This document shows, one piece after another, positions 19,037 to 25,951 of a DNA stretch of 32,000 nt (position 1 is the stretch's first letter; each line of letters starts with the position of its first letter). The notes beneath the pieces were generated by a model. That model made no database searches. It saw only the letters and a program-made list of their open reading frames with translations, and was not told where the DNA came from. Both the position numbers and the translations under genes were made by a program. The DNA is taken from the NCBI RefSeq assembly GCF_024623065.1, contig NZ_JANJZR010000025.1:8028-40027 (forward strand). Reading direction: 5' to 3'. Source of the stretch: Bacteroides acidifaciens (GTDB lineage: Bacteria > Bacteroidota > Bacteroidia > Bacteroidales > Bacteroidaceae).

Positions 19037-20005
19037 TTAAAAGGCTGAAGGCTTCAGCCGCAGTCCCACCGTTTCTTCCAGATTGAACATCAGGTTCATG
19101 TTATGAACCGCCTGTCCGCTGGCGCCTTTCAGCAAGTTGTCGATACAGGAGACAATCAATAGCTTCTCACCGTGTTTCTCCAGATGTATCAGGCACTTGT
19201 TGGTGTTGACTACTTGTTTGAGGTCGATATTCTTCTCTACGATGTGTACAAAGGAGTCTTTTGCATAATATTCCTCATACATGCGGACGATTTCTTCCAG
19301 CGCTACTTTGGTTCTGACTACCATCGTGGCAAAGATACCGCGGGCGAAATCGCCACGGTATGGGATGAAGTCTATCTCCGCATCGAAGCTGTTTTGCAGC
19401 TGTTTCAGCGATTGCTTGATTTCCGGCACGTGCTGGTGCTCGAATGCTTTGTACACACTCATGTTGTTGTTTCTCCAACTGAAATGACTGGTGGCACCCG
19501 GTTTCACTCCGGCTCCCGTGCTTCCTGTGATGGCGTTTACCATTACATCGTCCGTCAGCATCAGGTTCTTGGCAAGCGGGAGCAGACCGAGCTGGATGCA
19601 GGTGGCAAAACAGCCGGGGTTGGCTACGTGCTTTGCCGTACAGGTGGCGCGGCGGTTCAGTTCCGGCAGGCCGTAGATGAAGTCGTGGTCGTCACTCTTG
19701 ATGCGGTAGTCCATGGAGAGGTCGATAATCTTCAGCTCTTCCGGTATGTGGTGGCTTTCCATGAATTTCTTCGTATCGCCGTGGGCGGTGCAGAAAAAGA
19801 GGACGTCGATTTCGTCCAGAGGCAACTGGTCGGTGAATCTCAAGTCTGTTTCTCCGTACAAGCCTTCGTGTACGTCGGTGATTCTGTTTCCGGCATTACT
19901 GCTGCTGTTGATAAATACGATTTCAGTCTCCGGATGGTTGAGCAGCAGACGGATTAGTTCGCCTGCCGTATATCCTGCGCCGCCGATGATTCCTGCTTTA
20001 ATCAT
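19037..20005 (-). CDS. argC: N-acyl-gamma-glutamyl-phosphate reductase
   Basis: 322-aa ORF with MIKAGIIGGAGYTAGELIRLL, the catalytic Cys context ANPGCFATC, and C-terminal DNLLKGASGQAVHNMN. ATGA overlap with argG. Confidence 0.9.
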   Translation of the reverse strand: MIKAGIIGGAGYTAGELIRLLLNHPETEIVFINSSSNAGNRITDVHEGLYGETDLRFTDQLPLDEIDVLFFCTAHGDTKKFMESHHIPEELKIIDLSMDYRIKSDDHDFIYGLPELNRRATCTAKHVANPGCFATCIQLGLLPLAKNLMLTDDVMVNAITGSTGAGVKPGATSHFSWRNNNMSVYKAFEHQHVPEIKQSLKQLQNSFDAEIDFIPYRGDFARGIFATMVVRTKVALEEIVRMYEEYYAKDSFVHIVEKNIDLKQVVNTNKCLIHLEKHGEKLLIVSCIDNLLKGASGQAVHNMNLMFNLEETVGLRLKPSAF

Positions 20006-21210
20006 ATCTCTTCGTCTTTGTGGTTGTTATAGTAAACGCGTAGCGGGGTAGAGGTCACTTTGATAAATCCTTTGGCGTCTTCGGCCGTCCATCCTTTCTG
20101 CATTTCGCCGTATTCTCCGAATTTGGTCTTCACGAGGTCGTCTTCCGATTCCACGCCTACGGTAGAGAAGGAGAGCGGGCGGAGCTCGAGGATAGCCGTA
20201 CCGTTCACGTTGCGCTGGCTTTCCTGCAACATGGCTTCGATGTCGCGCATCACCGGTTCGAGGTATTGGCTTTCGTGGAGGAACATACCGTACCAGTTGG
20301 CCACCTGGTCTTTCCAGTATTGCTGCCATTTGCTCAGTGTATATTTCTCGAGGAAGCGATGGGCGCCGATAATCAGCATCGGGGCGGCTGCTTCGAATCC
20401 TACACGGCCTTTGATGCCGATAATGGTGTCCCCCACATGCATGTCACGGCCGATGCCGTAGGCGGCACCGATTTCTTCCACTTTCTGGATGGCTTTAATC
20501 GGGTCGTCAAACTTCTCGTCGTTGACGGCTTTCAGTTCGCCTTTTTCGAAGGTGAGGCGGAGCTGTTCGCTGCCTTCTTTTTCGACGTGTTTGAGGTAGG
20601 CGGTTTCGGGCAGTCCTTGTGCGGAGTCGAGGATTTCGCCGCCGCAGATGGACGTCCCCCACAGACCTACGTTGTACGAGTATTTCAGTTTGGTGAAATC
20701 CGCGCTGAAACCATGCTTGTTCAGATAGTCTATTTCTTCCTGGCGGCTCAATGCCATATCACGGGTCAGCGTGATGATTTCTACATTCGGAGCCAACACA
20801 AGGAAAGTCATGTCGAAACGGATTTGGTCGTTACCTGCTCCGGTAGAACCGTGGGCAATGGCGTCTGCGCCGATTTCGTTCGCATAACGTGCGATAGCCA
20901 GTGCCTGGAAGATACGTTCGGAACTGACCGAAATCGGATAAGTACCGTTGCGCAGCACATTTCCGAAAACCATATATTTCAAGCTTTTCTCGTAGTATTC
21001 CCGGGTAACGTCGAGTGTAACGTATTTTACTGCTCCCAGTTTGTAGGCGTTCTCTTCATTTGTTTTCAGTTGTTCTTCACTGAAACCGCCTGTATTGGCA
21101 CAAGCTGCATATACTTCGTAACCTTTTTCTTTGGCGAGGTACATGACGGTGAACGATGTATCCAGTCCGCCGCTGAATGCCACCACTACTTTTTTCTTCT
21201 TTTCTTCCAT
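20002..21210 (-). CDS. argG: Argininosuccinate synthase
   Basis: 402-aa ORF with the N-terminal ATP-PPase motif VVVAFSGGLDTS and the motif AHGSTGAGNDQIRF. Confidence 0.92.
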   Translation of the reverse strand: MEEKKKKVVVAFSGGLDTSFTVMYLAKEKGYEVYAACANTGGFSEEQLKTNEENAYKLGAVKYVTLDVTREYYEKSLKYMVFGNVLRNGTYPISVSSERIFQALAIARYANEIGADAIAHGSTGAGNDQIRFDMTFLVLAPNVEIITLTRDMALSRQEEIDYLNKHGFSADFTKLKYSYNVGLWGTSICGGEILDSAQGLPETAYLKHVEKEGSEQLRLTFEKGELKAVNDEKFDDPIKAIQKVEEIGAAYGIGRDMHVGDTIIGIKGRVGFEAAAPMLIIGAHRFLEKYTLSKWQQYWKDQVANWYGMFLHESQYLEPVMRDIEAMLQESQRNVNGTAILELRPLSFSTVGVESEDDLVKTKFGEYGEMQKGWTAEDAKGFIKVTSTPLRVYYNNHKDEEI

Positions 21211-21225
21211 AGTGCTGTATATTTT

Positions 21226-21804
21226 TTAAATGTTATTTCTTTCTTGTTCTTTTTTAATGTTCCGCGGTTCTGTCGGGTCGTACAGCATGGCTGTGCAGAT
21301 ACAGAACTTACGGTTCTTGGCAACCAGAATATCATGGTTGATGCATCCTTCGCACCCTTTCCAGAAGGCTTCGTCGTCCGTCAGTTCGTTGAAGGTGACG
21401 GGTACGTATCCCAGTTCCGTATTCATCTTCATCACGGCTGCTCCGGAGGTGAGGCTGAATATTTTCGCTTTCGGCCATCGGAGCCGTGCCAGTTGGAAAG
21501 AAGCCTGTTTGATGCGTTTTGCCAGTCCCAATCCGCGGAAGTCGGGATGAACAATCAGGCCGGAAGTGGCTACATATTGCTTGTTTCCCCATGATTCGAT
21601 ATAGGTGAATCCGGCAAACGTGTCGCCGCAAAGGGCGATGATTGCTTTGCCTTCTTTCATCTTTGTCGCTACGTATTCGTGTGTACGTTCTGCGATTCCT
21701 GTTCCTCGTACGGCGGCAGCATTTCTGATAGTTTCCAAAATAGTGTCAACGTAAACCTCATGCGAGGCGTCGGCTACCATAACATCTATTTGTTGAGTGT
21801 CCAT
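21226..21804 (-). CDS. GNAT-family N-acyltransferase in the arginine operon
   Basis: The track ORF starts at 21900 and would overlap argR. The ATG at 21804 (MDTQQIDV...) avoids the overlap. GNAT core: LIVHPDFRGLGLAKRI. Confidence 0.7.
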   Translation of the reverse strand: MDTQQIDVMVADASHEVYVDTILETIRNAAAVRGTGIAERTHEYVATKMKEGKAIIALCGDTFAGFTYIESWGNKQYVATSGLIVHPDFRGLGLAKRIKQASFQLARLRWPKAKIFSLTSGAAVMKMNTELGYVPVTFNELTDDEAFWKGCEGCINHDILVAKNRKFCICTAMLYDPTEPRNIKKEQERNNI

Positions 21805-21835
21805 TTCTTTATGTATAATATAGGTATAATTATAA

Positions 21836-22309
21836 TTATTCGATATTTGGGATGATGAGTGACAAAAGCTGGCGTATCTTGCTTGCGGCAACTCCTTCAC
21901 GAAGCACTAACATTATCGTATCGTCTCCGGCAATGGTTCCGAGAATTTCGGTGAACTCATTGTTGTCGATGTCATAAGCCATGCTGCTGGCATAACCGGG
22001 ACGGGTACGGATAACAGCTATGTTACCGGAGAACTGCAAAGAGATAAATCCGTTATTGCGTAACATGTCGCCGGCACTTTGGTCGGTAGAACGTTTATAC
22101 ATAATGTTATTCGGCAGTACATATACATACTTTCCGTTCATACTGGCAGCCTTGGCTACTTTCAGTTGTTTCAAGTCTCGTGAGAGGGTGGCCTGCGTCA
22201 GTTCGAAGCCTTCGCGGTTCAGCTCTTGCAGTAGTTCTTCCTGCGAGCCTACCTCTTTGCTTGAGATAATCATTTTGATGGCGTCTAACCGATTTGCTTT
22301 CTTCTTCAT
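21836..22309 (-). CDS. argR: Arginine repressor
   Basis: 157-aa ORF. N-terminal winged-helix (QEELLQELNREGFELTQATLSRDLKQLKV) and C-terminal oligomerisation/arginine-binding region (GTIAGDDTIMLV). First gene of the arg operon. Confidence 0.88.
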   Translation of the reverse strand: MKKKANRLDAIKMIISSKEVGSQEELLQELNREGFELTQATLSRDLKQLKVAKAASMNGKYVYVLPNNIMYKRSTDQSAGDMLRNNGFISLQFSGNIAVIRTRPGYASSMAYDIDNNEFTEILGTIAGDDTIMLVLREGVAASKIRQLLSLIIPNIE

Positions 22310-22333
22310 TGTATAATTATTCTAATGATGACG

Positions 22334-22395
22334 CAAAAATATGCATTATTTCGGAGAAGAGATGCATAATATCCTGTTTTTTTGCATAAAATAGA
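22334..22395. promoter_or_regulatory. argR upstream region: -7-like box plus three phased TGCAT(A/T)A motifs (candidate ArgR operators)
   Basis: TATTTTTG on the - strand (22334-22341) lies 25 nt upstream of the argR ATG. TGCAT occurs at 22342-22346, 22363-22367 and 22383-22387, giving 21- and 20-bp spacing (about two helical turns) in A/T-rich contexts. Confidence 0.3.
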
Positions 22396-22410
22396 AAAAA
22401 ACAGGATATT
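22368..22410. repeat. Perfect 16-bp inverted repeat (AATATCCTGTTTTTTT / AAAAAAACAGGATATT) with an 11-nt loop
   Basis: Arms are 22368-22383 and 22395-22410. It sits between the end of the AT-rich island and the argR promoter. It could act as a terminator/insulator or a protein-binding site. Confidence 0.6.
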
Positions 22411-22469
22411 GTTATTAGAAAGATAGCTTGGATGCCAATATCGTTATTTGAATTATGCGATGTTGAAGG

Positions 22470-23643
22470 TTAGTCTATAGGCAAGCTGTTAACAAAATAT
22501 TGTTCGCCATCTCTCAAGAAAAATACCTCTTCCTCTTTTCCCCGGGTTTCATTATGAAGGAAAAGTAGTGCGTTCCGGGGAACATCTTTGTATTGTAAAT
22601 TATTGCTGTCCGGTAAAACTTTGACATGATAGGAAATGGACTATTTTTATCTCATACAGCATGAAACAGACTCGTATAGATGTCTTTTAAGGGCTTTTTG
22701 ATGCTTAATGCTACCAATTTCACATCGCCTCAAATGACAAGCCCTTTTTCGTAAAACAGGTGTAACTTATTATATTTGTAGAGAATATATGATTTTGTCG
22801 TTTTTTACCGGACAGCAATAATTGTAAATAAACACCTTTTGCCTTTTGTTTACCTAACGAAATCCACTTTTTATCTTTTCCCCAATAAAAGAGTTCATAG
22901 GTATCTCCCGGACGGATAAAATTGTCGTCGTTGCGTGGAATACATAAAATCTTATTAATTAAAACTTCTGAACCAAAGTCAAAAATAAGTTCCTGTCCTT
23001 CTTTCTTAGACAGAAAATAGGTGAGCGGGGCATAATCGAAGCAATTCGCTAGTTTAAATTCATCGTCATTAGCATTATATGGTTCGCATGCGACTATATT
23101 TACAGGTTTCACTTCTTGTCGGTCTTGATAAAAGTGTAGTTCTGCTAATTCGAGAAAAGCATTTTCCCTGACTTTGTATCGTACATAGCGGTATTTTTGT
23201 TTATTCTGCACCATCAATTCATTATAGCAAACTTTAGACGTATCACATATATGGTATAGCATTTCAGGATGGCTGAAATCAATCGTATTACTTTCCTCAA
23301 ACTTAGAATCTACAATTTTGTACATTCTATCCTTATTCCATGCAAAGAACGGGAACTTTCGGTAAATCTTAATATCTTCCGATTTGCTTCCTTTATTATC
23401 TGTTGAAAAATAATTGAACTGTTTCCCATCAAATATAAATGGATCGGTGAAAGGGATGTATTTTTTCCCCACTTTTGATAAAATGATATAGATGCAATTA
23501 TCTTCTACATAGCCGAATGACACATTATTTCCATTAAATGACAAAGGTTGATCGCCTTCGTCTATTATACGAACTGAAATTTGTGCTAATACCGATAATG
23601 TTGATAATACATTGATCATGAATTAACTGAAAAATATCTTCAT
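22470..23643 (-). pseudogene. Discoidin (F5/8 type C)-like secreted protein gene, inactivated
   Basis: The track ORF 22720-23619 is paralogous to 31202->32000 (shared motifs LELAELHF, CFD..PLTYFLSK, IFDFG, PRNDDNFIRPGD.YELFY). Its true C-terminal coding part (VPRNALLFLHNETRGKEEEVFFLRDGEQYFVNSLPID*) lies at 22470-22592, separated by a 222-bp insertion. Upstream, ATG 23643 gives MKIFFS, then an in-frame TAA (23623-23625), then FMINVLSTLSVLAQ, which is an interrupted signal peptide. Confidence 0.8.
22600..22821. mobile_element. 222-bp non-autonomous MITE-like insertion
   Basis: Perfect 19-bp terminal inverted repeats: TTATTGCTGTCCGGTAAAA (22600-22618) and its reverse complement (22803-22821). 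It is flanked by the 7-bp direct repeat TTGTAAA (22593-22599 and 22822-22828). There is no internal ORF. Removing the element and one repeat copy restores the frame ...GVYLQYKDVPRNALL..., which aligns with the paralog. Confidence 0.85.
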
Positions 23644-23687
23644 AGCTTATATTTTTACATTTAATAATCGACTTGAATACCATGTTG

Positions 23688-23701
23688 CAAATTTAAATTT
23701 G
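23688..23701. promoter_or_regulatory. 14-bp perfect palindrome CAAATTTAAATTTG containing TAnnTTTG on both strands
   Basis: On the - strand the TAAATTTG box lies 44 nt upstream of the ancestral ATG (23643) of the discoidin-like pseudogene. Sequence match only. Confidence 0.25.
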
Positions 23702-23953
23702 TAAACATGATTTTCATCATAATCATTAATATTTAGTTCCCTACTCCCAGCCCTGCATTCGTATGTCAACCTTCAGCCTTTCTTTTTTAAAGTCTTCTTT
23801 CGCCTTTGTGTTAATAGTGTCGATGGTTTTAGTACGGGTGCCGTTGTAGATTGTGTCGAAGCATACCATTAGCAATGCGGCTTTTTCCGTTTGGGAAGGT
23901 TAAAAGCAGAGTGAAGCAACTAACTCCCATAAAGTATTCAGATTCGATTATTT

Positions 23954-25951
23954 TTAGTATTCAAACTCTACCCCGTACCATTTATAAAATTTCGTCTTAT
24001 AAACCATATCAAGCAATAGTTGGTTTGTTATTTCTGGCTCTTTAATGACATCGGTTGAAAATATGTCTTTTTTTAAAGCTCCAAATTTTAATAACCGATA
24101 TTTCTTTTCTTCTCCCAGCAAACGCCAGGATGTTGTTAGACTTGGCAAAGCTTCTACCGCTTTTCTTAAAGCCTTTGTTGCTGATGCATAATCTCCAAAC
24201 CAATGCATTATATATCCATATCGTGCCAAATCTGATGGACTTTGTAAGTGTTGAGTAGAATATCTGTAGATTTCTTTTTTTAACTCATGATAAAATGCTG
24301 AATCATTATTTTTCCATTCCTTAACTTGCTGCATTGTTAATAAACGAGGATTATTAAAAATTGCTTTTACAAGAGGATTAATAGATTTCTTTAATAACCC
24401 TTTTTGGTAACATACATTTCCAAATGCCCAAGAGTAAAGAGAATTATTGGGATAATCGTATGCTAGGTTTTCTAAAAGGCAATATCCTTGATCCATTTTA
24501 TCTGTTTGCAAATACAACTGAGACAATAAATAAGTGAGTTGAACATCTCTCGGGCTATATTTTTGAGCTTTTTTCAAAAAAGATATTGCTTTCTCTGCAT
24601 AAATATCCTGTTTTATCTCTTGGTAGTTTTTAGCACATTCCATTCCCTGATTCACTAAATAAGGAATTCTATTTCCTGGAATATTATATCGTTGCGAGTC
24701 GAGGTTGACGAATAAGATTCCACCTCCATAAACGGTTAATAACAACCCTGGTATTAAGTATGATTTTCTATCTTTTGCCGGCTCACAAATTTCTGGTTCG
24801 GGCGCTTGTCTTTGTAGAAAAGCTAACAATATAAAAAACATAAGCCATACAAAAGGAATGTCGAACATTGTTGATTGTGCCATTTCTTTGGTCGACAATG
24901 CGATTAAAGTAGCAATGATTATCCAAGTATTTTCGTCTTTTCTACGGCTTAATGCAATTCCGATTATCTCTACTAGCAACAGTAGATAAGGTATTATTCC
25001 AATGATGCCCTTTTCAATTAGTAATTTGATAATAATGTTTGGTGCAAAAGTTGTAAAAGGAACAGTACTGTCTTGATTTAGTGATTCATCTATAACAAGG
25101 GTATAGCTTCCGTTTCCATATCCGAGAATGGGATGCTTCTCAAAAATCTCCCAAGCGGCATAAGTCGAATTTATTCTCCATTCGCTACTCCGTTGTTGTG
25201 AAACAGTGGCATTCATGCGCAGGGTAGTTTTCATTTCGGTAGGGAAAAGTATAGCGATTATAGCAATGGCTGCAAAAACGGCGAGCAGCGGTTTCCAGTG
25301 CTTGGCACTTTTAGTTGCAGCGATCCATATCACCAAGTAAATGCCTAGTGCAACATAAGCCCCTCTGGAGAAAGAGAGCAAAATCGTTACTATTGTTAGA
25401 AATATGAATATACTGGAATAGCGGCGTATAAAACAAATCCACCCTAAAAGTACTAATAGTATTTCTGCCCATACATTGGTTACATATCCTAATGGGCGGA
25501 ATAAAAAACGAAAATGATAGGTGTCTGTGAAGCCTGCCTCTAATACGGAATTGCGGAATATAATAAACGAACAGACAGTCAGTATCAGAGCTGCCCCAAT
25601 AGGTAAATAACTTCCTACCTGAAATAGATTCAGAGATTTGCCGGTAGCCAAAAGCTTCCTCACAATCAAATAAACGGTGAATCCATAGAATGAAAATATC
25701 ATGTTGTATACAGCTGGTACAGCACAACTGGCATAAAAGCATAATACTAAATCATAGGCTACTATGATACTCAACGTCCAGTCTATAAATGTCCATTGTT
25801 GGATAGGAAGCGGGCGGACAAATGCTAGAGCTACAATTGACAATAGCATTCCAATCCGGTAATGGTCTTTGAATTGGAATATCTCTATTGTCAACACTGC
25901 CAGTAGCAATATTGTAGCCACATAAAAACTGGTATTAAGCTTGTTCTCCAT
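23954..25951 (-). CDS. Polytopic Wzy_C (O-antigen ligase/polymerase-like) membrane protein with C-terminal TPR-like domain
   Basis: 665-aa ORF. About 400 aa form multi-TM helices, including the LSFSRGAYVALGIYLV segment typical of the O-antigen-ligase family. A soluble helical-repeat tail follows (…AISFLKKAQKYSPRDVQLTYLLSQLYLQTDKMDQG…ALRKAVEALP). Overlaps the upstream gene by 17 nt. Confidence 0.75.
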   Translation of the reverse strand: MENKLNTSFYVATILLLAVLTIEIFQFKDHYRIGMLLSIVALAFVRPLPIQQWTFIDWTLSIIVAYDLVLCFYASCAVPAVYNMIFSFYGFTVYLIVRKLLATGKSLNLFQVGSYLPIGAALILTVCSFIIFRNSVLEAGFTDTYHFRFLFRPLGYVTNVWAEILLVLLGWICFIRRYSSIFIFLTIVTILLSFSRGAYVALGIYLVIWIAATKSAKHWKPLLAVFAAIAIIAILFPTEMKTTLRMNATVSQQRSSEWRINSTYAAWEIFEKHPILGYGNGSYTLVIDESLNQDSTVPFTTFAPNIIIKLLIEKGIIGIIPYLLLLVEIIGIALSRRKDENTWIIIATLIALSTKEMAQSTMFDIPFVWLMFFILLAFLQRQAPEPEICEPAKDRKSYLIPGLLLTVYGGGILFVNLDSQRYNIPGNRIPYLVNQGMECAKNYQEIKQDIYAEKAISFLKKAQKYSPRDVQLTYLLSQLYLQTDKMDQGYCLLENLAYDYPNNSLYSWAFGNVCYQKGLLKKSINPLVKAIFNNPRLLTMQQVKEWKNNDSAFYHELKKEIYRYSTQHLQSPSDLARYGYIMHWFGDYASATKALRKAVEALPSLTTSWRLLGEEKKYRLLKFGALKKDIFSTDVIKEPEITNQLLLDMVYKTKFYKWYGVEFEY

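Noticed and set aside
20266-21594. 442-aa + strand ORF. Similar long antisense ORFs occur at 3905-4951 (-), 1839-2660 (-), 19172-19957 (+), 7601-8119 (-) and 18356-18835 (+).
   Set aside because: Each lies entirely antisense to a gene with strong family motifs (argG, susD-like, susC-like, argC, thioredoxin-like, argD). Their translations are Cys/His/Arg/Phe-rich with no recognisable motif. This is typical of shadow ORFs opposite GC3-biased genes.
21805-21900. N-terminal extension of the GNAT ORF overlapping argR
   Set aside because: It would overlap the argR 3' end by 65 nt. The extension (…SSSQISNNYNYTYIIHKE) is low-complexity AT-rich sequence. The ATG at 21804 leaves a 31-nt intergenic gap.
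22600-22821. The inverted repeats could mark an invertase-driven switch (shufflon) that swaps the C-terminus of the discoidin-like gene
   Set aside because: A 7-bp direct duplication flanks the repeats, and precise removal restores a paralog-like ORF. Neither orientation of the internal segment would give an in-frame continuation, and no recombinase gene is nearby. A transposon-type insertion explains the data better.
23741-23869. 42-codon - strand ORF (MVCFDTIYNGTRTKTIDTINTKAKEDFKKERLKVDIRMQGWE) in a locally more GC-rich patch between the Wzy_C-like gene and the pseudogene
   Set aside because: It is below the track threshold, with an in-frame stop just upstream and no motif I recognise. It may be the 3' relic of a destroyed gene, but I cannot support any call without a database search.
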